Source: Nemertoderma westbladi (taxonomy: Eukaryota > Animalia > Xenacoelomorpha). From it: a stretch of 64,000 bases of DNA. Where the stretch lies: NCBI GenBank assembly GCA_032718475.1, contig JAUCBJ010007113.1, positions 6,513-70,512 of the forward strand, in the 5' to 3' direction. Below, piece by piece: positions 12,601 through 25,347 of this stretch. The translations under genes were made by a program, and so were the position numbers. Numbering within the stretch: the stretch's first letter is position 1; the number at the start of each line of letters is the position of its first letter. The notes beneath the pieces are model-generated. The model was given only the letters and a program-made list of their open reading frames with translations. It did no database searches and was not told the origin of the DNA.

Positions 12601-14932
12601 TGCTCCAAGAGAGCTAAGCTGTTTTTTATATTAACACGGAAAGGGGACGTGCTCCAAGAGAGGAAAGCTGTTTTCTATTAACATGGAAAGGGGACGTGCT
12701 CCAAGAGAGGTAACTGCCTTTTATTAACACAGAATGGGGACGTGCTCCAAGAGAGGTAACTGTTTTTTATTAACATGGAAAGGGACGTGCTCCAAGAGAG
12801 TTAACTGTTTTTTATTAACACGGAAAGGGGACATGCTCCAAGAGAGGTAACTGTTTTTTATTAATACGGAAAGGGGAAGTGCTCCAAGAGAGGTAACTGT
12901 TTTTTATTAACACGGAAATGGGACGTGCTCCAAGAAAGGTAACTGTTTTTTATTAACACGGAAAGGGGACATGCTCCTAGAGAGGTAAGCTGTTTTTTAT
13001 TAACACGGAAAGGGGACGTGCTCCAAGAAAGGTAACTGTTTTTTATTAACACGGAAAGGGGACATGCTCCTAGAGAGGTAAGCTGTTTTTTATTAACACG
13101 GAAAGGGGACGTGCTCCAAGAAAGGTAGCTGTTTTTTATTAACACGGAAAGGGGACGTGCTCCAAGAAAGGTAACTGTTTTTTATTAACACGGAAAGGGG
13201 ATGTGCTCCAAGAGAGGTAACTGTTTTTTATTAACACGGAAAGGGGACGTGCTCCAAGAGAGGTAACTGTTTTTTATTAATACGGAAATGGGAAGTGCTC
13301 CAAGAAAGGTAACTGTTTTTTATTAACACGGAAAGGGGACATGCTCCTAGAGAGGTAAGCTGTTTTTTATTAACACGGAAAGGGGACGTGCTCCAAGAGA
13401 GGTAACTGTTTTTTATTAACACGGAAAGGGGACATGCTCCTAGAGAGGTAAGCTGTTTTTTATTAACACGGAAAGGGGACATGCTCCTAGAGAGGTAAGC
13501 TGTTTTTTATTTACACGGAAAGGGGACGTGCTCCAAGAAAGGTAACTGTTTTTTATTTACACGGAAAGGGGACATGCTCCTAGAGAGGTAAGCTGTTTTT
13601 TATTAACACGGAAAGGGGACGTGCTCCAAGAAAGGTAAGCTGTTTTTTATTAACACGGAAAGGGGACGTGCTCCAAGAGAGGTAACTGTTTTTTATTAAT
13701 ACGGAAATGGGAAGTGCTCCAAGAAAGGTAACTGTTTTTTATTAACACGGAAAGGGGACATGCTCCTAGAGAGGTAAGCTGTTTTTTATTAACACGGAAA
13801 GGGGACATGCTCCTAGAGAGGTAAGCTGTTTTTTATTTACACGGAAAGGGGACGTGCTCCAAGAAAGGTAACTGTTTTTTATTTACACGGAAAGGGGACA
13901 TGCTCCTAGAGAGGTAAGCTGTTTTTTATTAACACGGAAAGGGGACGTGCTCCAAGAAAGGTAAGCTGTTTTTTATTAACACGGAAAGGGGACGTGCTCC
14001 AAGAGAGGTAACTGTTTTTTATTAATACGGAAATGGGAAGTGCTCCAAGAAAGGTAACTGTTTTTTATTAACACGGAAAGGGGACATGCTCCTAGAGAGG
14101 TAAGCTGTTTTTTATTAACACGGAAAGGGGACGTGCTCCAAGAGAGGTAACTGTTTTTTATTAATACGGAAAGGGGACGTGCTCCTAGAGAGGTAAGCTG
14201 TTTTTTATTAACACGGAAAGGGGACGTGCTCCAAGAGAGGTAAGCTGTTTTTTATTAACACGGAAAGGGGACGTGCTCCAAGAGAGCTAACTGTTTTTTA
14301 TTAACACAGAAATGGGACGTGCTCCAAGAGAGGTAACAGTTTTTTATTAACACGGAAAGGGGACGTTCTCCAAGAAAGGTAACTGTTTTTTATTAACACG
14401 GAAAGGGGACGTACTCCAAGAGAGGTAAGCTTTTTATATTAACACGGAAAGAGGACGTGCTCCAAGAGAGGTAACAGTTTTTTATTAACACGGAAAGGGG
14501 ACGTTCTCCAAGAAAGGTAACTGTTTTTTATTAACACGGAAAGGGGACATGCTCCTAGAGAGGTAAGCTGTTTTTTATTAACACGGAAAGGGGGCGTGCT
14601 CCAAGAAAGGTAACTGTTTTTTATTAACACGGAAAGGGGACATGCTCCAAGAGAGGTAACTGTTTTTTATTAATACGGAAAAGGGAGGTGCTCCAAGAGA
14701 GGTAACTGATTTTTATTAATACGGAAAGGGGACGTGCTCCTAGAGAGGTAAGCTGTTTTTTATTAACACGGAAAGGGGACGTGCTCCAAGAGAGGTGAGC
14801 TGTTTTTTATTAACGCGGAAAGGGGACGTGCTCCAAGAGAGGTAACTGTTTTTTATTAACATGGAAAGGGGACGTGCTCCAAGAGAGGTGAGCTGTTTTT
14901 TATTAACACGGAAAGGGGACGTGCTCCAAGAG
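9636..14932. repeat. Tandem array A, 46/47-bp unit (TTAACACGGAAAGGGGACGTGCTCCAAGAGAGGTAA(G)CTGTTTTTTA), ~114 units
   Basis: Head-to-tail units are directly visible, with recurrent variants (ccaag/cctag, gtaact/gtaagc/gtgagc) and no unique spacers. Confidence 0.98.
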
Positions 14933-16651
14933 CTTTGATCCGGTATTTATACGAAATCTTGTGACCTTCATCACAATCGTTGTAAGAAAATAAATAAACA
15001 TTTAATTATTTATTCATACATATAACATATATGTATATTATTCGTATATATAAAATATATATATATATTGGATGGAATATTCCACCTCTGTCCACAATAA
15101 CGTGTAACACCACGTTCGTACCGAAACATTTAAACATAAAAATGTTAAACATTGAACTGCGATCAAAGGAATTGTTAATTGTACGATAATAAATTTGTAA
15201 TAAAATTAATATCATGACAACTGCTATTGTCTATAGATAAATAGGATTGTGGTACTTAATTATGGCCCTTTCTGAATCCGTGGAGCTACTAAACACTGAC
15301 TGTTTTACCGCCTAACTATATTGTACCAGTCGCATCGCAAATATTCTTGAACATTGGTACCTACAGAAATAGGACCATGCAAGAATTCGAAATCTGTAAA
15401 CACATCTGAAACACGGTGAGAATTACTAAGTTTTGAAAATTGAATATTTTAGCATTCGAGTTAGAGTCATGCTAATTAATTCTAATCAAACATTATATAA
15501 TTATAGATACGCCCCCCAATCGAGGCAAACGAATAATCAAACATTATAGAATGTAATCTTCTTTGTAATTAATTGTTTTAGTGTTCTCGATTACTTGGAT
15601 TTAAAGTAGATTTGTTTTTTTGTAAGATTTGGAGTTTAACGCAAATAATATATACAACTCATTTTCAAACTGATTCTATAATCTATGACATTTACTATGA
15701 GATGAAATAGTCGAAATCAGTTTAGCGGAATGTCCATAAACTGCCTCCGGGCATGTAAGCGGATCTGACACAGACGAAAGAACTCGAAATACGATATCAC
15801 TTAAGGAAAATTATCAATTACATACCCATGACAATTATACTATCTTAGTTGATTATACCCTTACCCCACAATACCCACCGGGGTAAATTCAACTCAATTA
15901 TTCCGTTGCCTCCCCCGAATTTCAGTGGAGGCAACTGGAATTACCTTTTTTAATATTCAGAACGCGTAGTTGTTCATGTCCGCAAAGGGAATTTTAAAAT
16001 ACGTGTCCATCCAATACGTGCAGATCCATTACTGGTACGTCTACCCAAACAATGGTCCGCAGATGTTTATGGCTACTCAGCCTACTTATCTTGCTCTGGG
16101 GTCTGATGATAGAGTCTGAACGCCAGTGTCGCCGAGATGAGCCCATCATATCAAACTTATACAAATTCTACAACGTCAACATAAATGATGATTGAAATTC
16201 CCACCAAAAGAGTTCATTGGTGGATAAGAATGTATTATGACTGCATGTGCAATACAATATAAGATACATAGCAGTGTGATTGACCATACGAATAAATTAT
16301 ATGCAGACGACTACAAAGTAAACGATTAATATTTATTAATAAGATTATTTTACCCGAGACTCACCTCGTCTCGAACAATACAAAAAGCGCCGTTCATGTG
16401 ATAGTCAAAGAAAGACAATTAAATTAACTATTAAACATGTAAAATGTATAACAGGTACAGAAATCAAGTGGCACATGCGTTTATGCTTTTTCTGCAATAA
16501 ATATGAATTAACATTACATTCACTATTCAGTGGAAATATTAATAAAGACTAGGAAGGAGACTAGTTGGAAAATTAATATAGAGTAGTGGGTGAATGTTTG
16601 CATGCGCATTCTCATTTTGTACACAGACATGCAGACATCTCCATCACTCAC

Positions 16652-16798
16652 CATCCCCCAACCCGCTGCTAATGCGTTTGACCACAATCTGACTCCCAGA
16701 TGCGCTTCGTTCCTTCAATTTATTCCATTGTTCCACATCGCGCCCGTTGTCCGACCCACTGGAGGAATCTCTATCCGCTGCCATTAATCCTTTAAATT
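16652..16798 (-). CDS. Synaptotagmin-14-like, putative coding exon 3 (EFKGLMAADRDSSSGSDNGRDVEQWNKLKERSASGSQIVVKRISSGLGD)
   Basis: ttgtAG acceptor and G|GTGAGT donor; 147 nt, open in phase 1-1 and in frame with the 19592-19783 exon. D-x-D-SSS-x-S-D resembles the acidic/Ser segment after the TM region of SYT14 (recalled). Confidence 0.6.
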
Positions 16799-17207
16799 CT
16801 ACAATGAGGATGTCAGGTCAGAATATTTTTGTAATTACATGTTACATTAATTCATTGTACTTCACTATACTACAGCAAACAACTACTGAGCTCGCGTTGC
16901 CAAATGAATGTCAAATAATGCGTACGCATTCACTGTGCTTACTTGCACACATTTAGTTGCAAACTATACGTCACGATTCCGAATATATTATATTTTCGTA
17001 TCATAAACCATTAGCTAATTAGCATATACGCCCTTACCCCTCTCTGGTTGACTTTGATGATGAATACTCCATAAACACGAAGGCGAGGCCGCACTGTGGA
17101 GGTGCTAATCAGACAAACATGTTTACACTAATTTCTTGACAGAACTTTATTCACCTACTTAAAGTGATTGGTAAGTACCTATGGTTACTAAATGGTGCAG
17201 TAGTACA

Positions 17208-17570
17208 TCAGATAAGCATTGCATCAGCTAAGCACTGCATCAACTAAGCACTGCAACAGCTAAGCACTACATCACCACTGCAACAGCTAAAAACTGCATC
17301 AGCTAGGCACTAGATCAGCTAAGAATTGCATCAGCTAAGCACTAGATCAGCTAAGAACTGCATCAGCTAAGAAAAGGCATCAGCTAAGCACTGCATCAGC
17401 TAAGACCTGTATCAGCTTAGCACCGCACCAGCTAAGAACTGCATCAGCTAAGCACTACATCACCACTACAACAGGGAACAGCTAAGAACTGTATCAGCTA
17501 AGTGCTGTACTAGATCAGTAGTGTATGAGCTAAGCAGTGCATCAGCTATGTACTACATCAGATAAGGACT
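17208..17570. repeat. Degenerate 16-bp minisatellite (CTAAGCACTGCATCAG), intronic
   Basis: About 20 diverged copies are visible. Confidence 0.85.
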
Positions 17571-18741
17571 GCATAATTTATGCACAACATAACCTAAGTC
17601 CTGTAATCTGTTAAAAACTAGTTGGCTAAACAGTTAGTGGTGAAATGGACACAGAATGCAGGACTGATGATGAAGTATAAAATAGATAATAGCAATAGCC
17701 TGAGCATCAAATTATGAGTCAATGACACAAAATAACTGCAAACAGTAAATATTTTTTGAAAAGGGAAAACTTTATTTAATTAAATTTAAAACATGAAGGG
17801 AAAGAAACAGGTTAAGGTGTCAGTGTTTTCTAACAATAACACTTTCAAATTAACCACTGTAACAAAATAAAACGTTATTTCATATGCGACCAATTAACGC
17901 TGGATATAATTTTTTTATTTGTGATCAATGTGCACCGCTATCTGCATATTATAGAATGTTATTACAAGTTATGATAATTTGCAGTATTGATTATTTTATG
18001 GCTGGTTTCGTTACCTACTGCCGCATGGGATTTCCAATATTGTGTGCTACAACTGGGGCAGCTGCCGTCCTTGGTCAGGTGCTACTGGGATGGTGTACTG
18101 TCTGTGTGAACGTGGTACACATTCAATGACGATGGACTTACTTATACATATACACAGTACCGATATTAATAGGACTCAATCACATTGTCCACACGCCTTC
18201 TCAGAACGTTGGCTGCCCCATACGAAACTTATTTATTAATATAATGCCCTAAGTTGATTCACCTGAGTGCGTATATTCACGGTTTATGAGTAGGGAGCCA
18301 ATGTTCCAGGCTTGATATCCCTACTAGATCAATGGTTCCTACTAGAGATCAGAATTAATGCACAGTTTTTTCATAACCTCAACCACTGAAACCTTACAAG
18401 TGATCTGTAGGTTTTACCCCAACCAAGTGCGCTTTCTTAAGAAACTAAAGCTAATACTGTAGGGCGACTTTAAAGTGAAGTTTCCAAAGTATAAGAAGAG
18501 GAATGAAGAATTGTGTGAGGTGGGGGCGAAGTATAGGCCAACCTTCCCGACCACCCGAGGAAGCAGCACCTATTGCTTGCGCCATCATTCTCTCGTCTTG
18601 GCAGTCGATTATAAAACATTCCAAGCTTTATTTGTATAACAGGCAGTAATCAGTAAATGAGGCCCATTTGATCTAAGTATACCAGACTTTCTGCTGTTCA
18701 CTTTGCAGGTTGCTCATCCCATGTGAAGAATACCAGGTTTT

Positions 18742-18975
18742 GTCAAAGGTGGTGGTGGATCGATCTTTAGGGTGATCAAAGGAAACAGTTATTGCCAATA
18801 TTTCAACCCAATATGTATTTAAATACAATTAACAGGCCTTGAACAGGGCATAGCTCGTACATACAAACTAACTACTAAAACCACTAAACACTACTTCCTA
18901 TCAGCACTACTTCAAACTATCTGACTAAAAATTGTTTCCTTTGATCACCTCTAAAGATCCACCACCTCCTTTGAC
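18742..18975. mobile_element. Small inverted-repeat element (MITE-like)
   Basis: gtcaaaggtggtggtggatc..tttagggtgatcaaaggaaaca (from 18742) is the near reverse complement of tgtttcctttgatcacctctaaagatccaccacctcctttgac (to 18975). No clear TSD. Confidence 0.6.
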
Positions 18976-19517
18976 TACTCTATGTGACCTGGGCGAGGAA
19001 CTATCTTTGGAATACCAGGTTTTCACTGAAACCACAGGTTACAGAAGGGTGGAATGGAATCTAACCAAAACAATATTGCAAACCAAAATTTATTACGTAA
19101 ACAACAATACGAATTAGTATCTGTATAGGTTATAAGACAGAAATAAGCCCTAATATAACTTATATGGAGAAGAAAAAAAATACAAATTCTTAATATATAA
19201 AATTACAATAAAATTTCGACAAATGTGAATACGTGGCCTTCTTCACATGGCTGGTAATCAATCCGGTAAATATCTCGAATTTCACGACTTCTAAATATTT
19301 ATGTACAAAATCCATGTTACTAAAACCGCAAACTGATTTATTTTTTTGATTTAATTTTACAGAAGTAATAATGATAATGTGCTTTGATTATATTTTATAT
19401 GCTTTGTTGATGTGCGGGGTGATTTCCTGAGAAAATTTAAGAATTATTGTTTCTTGTTTATGCTTATTATAAAACTAGCTTTGTTAGTATACATATAATC
19501 CAGTTCCCCGGTTAATT

Positions 19518-19584
19518 TGCTAATAATTAATGTTTGCCAATAATTAATGTTTGCTAATGATTAATGTTTGCTAATAATTAATGC
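19518..19584. repeat. 17-bp x4 repeat (GCTAATAATTAATGTTT) just inside the intron next to the exon donor
   Basis: Directly visible. Confidence 0.8.
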
Positions 19585-19591
19585 TACCTAC

Positions 19592-19783
19592 CATCTCTGT
19601 TGATAGGTAGACTGTCGGCACTTCTGCTGTTGGTACGATTCTTCTTGGATAGGAAGGCTTTGTGGCAGCAGTCATCCTTACAGTTCTTGAAACAGAGCTT
19701 TTTATTTAGGTACAGGAATAGGATAACCAAGAGTATGGTAAGTACAATAATGACAGAGAGGAAGATGACAGCTTGAATCGGAA
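19592..19783 (-). CDS. SYT14: Synaptotagmin-14-like, transmembrane exon (VPIQAVIFLSVIIVLTILLVILFLYLNKKLCFKNCKDDCCHK...)
   Basis: tttatttcAG acceptor and G|GTAGGT donor; 192 nt, open, phase 1-1. A single N-terminal TM helix is followed by FLYLNKKLCF, matching my recollection of SYT14 (AVGFLS...LFLYINKKFCFEN). A Cys cluster after the TM is typical of synaptotagmins. Confidence 0.8.
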
Positions 19784-20329
19784 CTGAAATAAAAAATAGT
19801 TAAAGTAATACAAGTATATGGGTAAAAATAGCAATTGAGATAAAATGATTCACAGATTCAGTTATTATATTTAATTTCCAATTAAAACAATATTATGGCA
19901 AATAAAATAAATAAAATAATGAATATGAATGAATATGTATTTAAAATAATTTATAAAAATTGCTATTTACAAAAAAATATAAAGATATACAACACATCTT
20001 AAACCGATTTATCAATCATATAAATTGTAGAAAACTTATTTTATTACATTTTTGCATAGAGAGGATTAATTCCAATAAGAGGATCTACAACAAGCAGCGA
20101 TCCTAAATTTAAACATTATAATTTTTATATTACCTAACACAATAAATAAAGAAAATTATAAAACCTATCTGGGGTGACATAATGAAACCGGAACTGAAAT
20201 CATTCTGAAATGACTAAAGTTAAACTGAATACTCATTGTATGTAATCTCGTACATTATACATACTAATACTACAACTACTATCTGCAAGCTGCATTATAT
20301 ATATATATATTACATATATATTAAGAATG

Positions 20330-20600
20330 CTGTGTCGGAGTTTCGACAAAATTAACACCCTAACACCCATGACATTTGCTGGATCATCCGCATCTTCAAG
20401 GACAGTGTCCTTTAAGATGCGTCTCAAGAAAGTCATTGGTTGTTCACCATGCTTATTCACTCCATGAGGACGTCATTCGCGAGATTATGCACTGGCTGGT
20501 CCTCACGGCGAAAGCAATGTCCTGCAAAGCGGAGGCGGTTCCGTTCCAGAGTCAAGCTAGGGGAGACTAATGAAACACCTCCAAGGTTGTATAGAGTCTG
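20330..20600 (-). mobile_element. RTE-like LINE 3' fragment (different subfamily)
   Basis: Encodes RNRLRFAGHCFRREDQP, the RTE C-terminal motif (compare RKLRFSGHCWR at ~59640). Confidence 0.7.
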
Positions 20601-21230
20601 ATTTGATGTGTTAATTGTACTTGACACAATGAAAAAAGTATACATTATACAAACATAGTATAAGTATCGAAATTCATTGTTTTTCAATTAAAAAACAGTC
20701 AATAATCCATAATAGTGCACGCATACTTAATTTAAGGCGACAATTATTGTGCTGGTGGAACCTGAAATCAGTTCGGTAAGAGGATAATATCAACTGCAAC
20801 CCAAATGGCTGACTAATCCGACTACAAGAACCACTACGTACTCGCCATGGGGTTTCAGTTGAGCAGTACCATGAATCCCTCAGTAGAACGCATTCGATTA
20901 TCTTGATTAATGCCGCTCTTGCTGTTCCACGGATGTCTATATAATCTATGCGGCTTTTTAATTGGGTCTGGGAGGATCAAACGATCAAACCGTATAAACG
21001 TACAGCGATGGCTGTTATGCAATCCCTGATATTCAAGCTCACCCAAGGAAATCTATTTACTGGAGGATAATTTCAAAGAAATTGATCTGGGAAGCTTTCG
21101 TCTGGGGATAAAGCATATCTCTGAACCGGACTTAAAGGCGATCACGGTATAATAATGATACTGCTGTATACTAGGTTATCATATTGGTACAGTATTGTCT
21201 TCGTTTAATGTTTGCGACATTGCTCTGGTC

Positions 21231-22445
21231 GGTTACGTCGCGTTTCGGCAACTGTCGGCAACTTAGGCAACTCAAATTCGCGTTTCGGCAACTGAACAAT
21301 TACGTTTCACCAACTGCTATAGTTGTGTTTCGGCAACTCGTAGTTGCATTTCGGCGAACTGAAGTCGCGTTTCGGCAACTGTCGGCAACTTAGGCAACTC
21401 AAATTCGCGTTTCGGCAACTGAACAATTACGTTTCACCAACTGCTATAGTTGTGTTTCGGCAACTCGTAGTTGCATTTCGGCAAACTGAAGTCGCGTTTC
21501 GGTCACAAACCCTCTTATCTAATGTAACTGTGACTACATTCATTATGTAAGTAAATGATAAATGATGACAAGTTTAAGTTAGTTATAGTTATTGACAGCA
21601 GAGTTGTTAATTGTTTGAGTTAGTTATAGTTATTGACGGCAGAGTTGTTAATTGGTCATTTATATGTGTACATTGCCGGTTTGCACATATGGCAGTGATA
21701 AAATATGATGTCGTGGTCTGATTGATAAATGTGGTTTTTTTCCATCCGTGGCGTTCCGTCCGTGACGCTGGACAGCTGTCACTCAAACTAACCTAAAATT
21801 AGAACTAATCAATGTACGATCTCCATTTTGGGCTCAAACTGATCCTGAGATAATGTATGTCGGATTCTGAATAAATAACTCTACTGAGTGGAACGCGAGA
21901 GGAAAAACCAAAATTGAAAAGGGGAATAGATAAACAGTACTGTATGAATTAATATCAGGTTGAATTATACAGTCATATCAGGTTGAATTAATAGACTTAT
22001 AATATATCGAATAATATGTAGACAATATTATATGGAATTAATAACATCAGTTCTATATAACTCGAAGTAGTGTTGGAGTAGGCGTGGGTAAAATAATGTA
22101 GAATGAAAATGAATAATGGGAAACGAATGAGGCAAAGGTAATAAATAATACTGATTTGCTCTGACGATGTGACGATATGACTTTGTGACGATGAGATTCC
22201 ACCTATCTCTATACTGTAGGCTCTATACAGTATCCAGTTGGACTTGGACCGAAACGCATCTATCAGTTTGCCTAAGCGCATCATGTTAACAACAGTTGCC
22301 GAAATGAAACTATGAGTTGCCAAAATGCATCAATCACTCAGTTGCAGAAACGTAACTTTGTTACCTTGTTGCCGAAACGCGACTACTATGAGTTGCCGAA
22401 ACGCGGCTCTAACGATACTATAAGTTGCCGAAACGCGATAACACC
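21231..22445. mobile_element. Non-autonomous foldback/Mutator-like DNA element with subterminal (CG)TTTCGGCAACT repeats
   Basis: The left arm has many gtttcggcaact copies and a ~129-bp tandem duplication; the right arm has the inverse agttgccgaaac copies. Termini are GGT...ACC. Flanks ctctggtc (21223-21230) and ctctgatc (22446-22453) form an 8-bp TSD with 1 mismatch. Confidence 0.75.
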
Positions 22446-23781
22446 CTCTGATCCAGGTAAGACAGTTATTAAAAAAAATTTCATATTGTGTTTTGTGTTA
22501 TAATAGTTTAACGATGGCTAAGACCACTTTGTCGACAGGAAAAGGCTAATCTAATGACCTCTGGTATTAATGGATTATACCAGAGCTCATAACAACATTT
22601 ATCGTGATGTGTTTGCATTTGATAATACTGTATTATACAAGATATGATTATTCACTTTAATACACCATGTCCTGGAATGTGACTAAATTACCAATTTAGG
22701 GAAAGGAGCAAGTTACAGTGGAAAGTTATTCTAACCAAAACAGTAAACGAATGTCACTATAATAGATAAGTCTTATTTTTTAAAGTAATCAGCTGTTATT
22801 TGCATTGTTTTTTTCCCTGGAGAGGGATGAATTTTGAATTGGAACAATGAATTTTGATTGGGTTGCATCGAAAGTACCCCCCCCCCCCCCCTGCCTGGAA
22901 TATAGTGTCGTAATTCAGTGAAATGCCCCCCCCCCCCCCCCCCGTACCCCCTTAATGAGATTGCATGACATTTGAAACAGATATAGTTTCACCTACTTCC
23001 TCCTTGAGTTTACTATATTTCATAAATGCACAATATTCTGGAACATTTTTTTTATCTTATAAGTAACAGGGCAATAATGCAATGCGTATAATAATAATAC
23101 TACTACGTGGATATTCATACATAAACAAAATGTTCTAGAACATGGTGTAATTTATTAGATCAATAAATGGCATGTAGCGGAAGTAAATATATGCAACATT
23201 AGAATACTCATATCTTATTTCCCAACCAAATTTAAATGCTTTTAGATATTTGGAATCCTTCCACGGCCGGATTTCCTTTACTACCAACAAATTACTATAA
23301 GGTTGAAAAATAACAACTGTAGTAGGACTGGTGCATTATCGTCGGAGACACTTTTATTAAACGCCTGTAGCTTTGCTAGATATTGAATACGAAAATTACA
23401 AATTCTGACTCACCCACTCAGGAGGAGGTACACTTTACACAATAACCCGGGGGGGGCACGAGGCGAGGCCCCCTTACCCCCGTTGCCACCCTTGCGAACG
23501 CCAGCCCAGGAGTAGACATTGTACAGTAATGTAATACAGTGCGACTGGTATTAAAACAAAATATGAATAAATAATTAAATAAATCTAATAAATCTTCAAG
23601 TTTCTTATAACATAATAATGGTAAATTGAATCCAATGTTACTAAATCTGCAACAATAATAATGTCATCTATCTTTTAAACCTTCTTTATCAAAAAGATAC
23701 GATTATTTTATATATTTTTTTACAATCATTTTAATTGAATGTCAAATTTTCATAGGTAAATCATAAAAATTGTAATCTCAC

Positions 23782-23827
23782 CTGATAGGCCAGTTCCCTT
23801 GTCGGCAGCATCAGACACCGCCATCAT
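23782..23827 (-). CDS. Synaptotagmin-14-like, putative first coding exon (MMAVSDAADKGTGLS)
   Basis: The ATG is preceded by an in-frame TGA. Strong CAG|GTGAGA donor in phase 1; joining to 19783 gives GTT (V) and an open frame. A short N-terminus before the TM fits synaptotagmin topology. Confidence 0.5.
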
Positions 23828-24581
23828 TCAGTGCGGACATGCCATTACTGACACCAGGACCGCACAGAAACCCGTGTATAGTCTGTGCGTCTGCCCCAAA
23901 GTAACGTCTTAAACTTTGATAAGATACCGGCGATGGGAAATAGAAACTAGCACGAGCTACACAAGGCGACGCCGATAATATTACAGGTTTTACGGATGAA
24001 CCCAACCTGGCTACTCGGGAACTAGGCCGGTTGGCCAAGGTAGGGAACTATTGCCATGGGAACCATGTAGCAGTGTGGGAAGCTCTCGTCCAACCCGGCG
24101 CCGAACTCAGCCACGCGTAATCTTACTGTATGACATTAGGGATTGTGTGATGTAGGTGCTCCGTGGACTGTGTTATGTGCTCGACACACTAATACACAAG
24201 GTTGGTTGAACGCAAAACCTCCTAGGTAATGAGTTAGTTTTCTGTGGGGGAGGCTAAGCTGGCATTTGCGCAATAATCTATTTGATCAAATTCACTTCAT
24301 ATCAATTCTGTACGTCTCTGGAGATTTGTTTGTGTTTCGCCAATTCCTTTTACATCAATGGGATTTCCCATTGTGATGGAAAAGTAGCGAAGATGATTCA
24401 GACAAGTCTGTCCTTGAATGCACCAAAGTTTGGTGATATAATAGCAATTGATACTCAAATCCACTTAAATTATTGATGTTCAATTTTAATTGATGTTCAA
24501 TTAACGCATAGGCCTAGAGTAGGTCCTAGTAAAACGAATGCGTGAGTTGTTTTCAACTACTGTCACCTGCAACTACCACTG

Positions 24582-24642
24582 TAATAATAATAATATTTAT
24601 AAAACGCCTTTCTAAGCACTTATTTCAAGGCGCTTCACAACT
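24582..24642 (-). mobile_element. L2-type LINE/SINE 3' tail remnant
   Basis: Minus strand reads tgtgaagcgccttgaaataagtgcttagaaaggcgttttataaat(att)n, the stem-loop plus microsatellite tail typical of L2-related elements. Confidence 0.6.
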
Positions 24643-25347
24643 GTAGCATGTTCAATTGACCTTAGTTTATTGTTTTGGTTAGAATAACGTGCCACTGTGA
24701 CCTGTCCTTTGATTAATTACCCGAGATGGAATTTGCGTCGCGTCGGGGGGAATTCCCCCTGTCTCAAATGTTTTAAACAAGAAAATAATTATTACATAAA
24801 TGGTAATTTATTGCAAATTATATGACTCTTCATGTTGAGTTATTTATATTAACTACTTACTGCTAATCGCTTCAGCGATATCTTCTGCAACACCAATAAC
24901 GACTACGGGTAGTTTTGAATCTTTGTGTTCTTTCACACCATTCAATTCATCGTTCTTTCGTTCGACGTCGATATTTCCCATTAGTTTACCACTGGACACC
25001 ACCTACACAGTTGGTTATAAAATATGTAAGGGTTTAAAACTAAAAATAATATTTAAGTTGCCAATATTGATATTAATTACTGATATTCAATTAAATTAAT
25101 CAGTAACTATTATGCAATAAATGTACACGAACACGATCGTGTGTGTGGCCTTCAATCAGGACAAAGTAGTCGCCCTCTTGTGGAATACTGGATAATTGTA
25201 GTGTACTTCACCCAAATTATATTTCAGACTTTTGACAGATTATATGTGTAATGTGTACCAGGTTTGGTTTAATTTATGAAAGAATAATTGAGTAGTGTCC
25301 AAACATCTGCCAACTGACAGACAGATATACAAGCATGATCCGTAATA

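Noticed and set aside
15300-17120. Additional candidate synaptotagmin exons (~15310-15400, ~16030-16165, ~17038-17105)
   Set aside because: Splice-like sites exist, but the phase or peptide gives no recognisable support.
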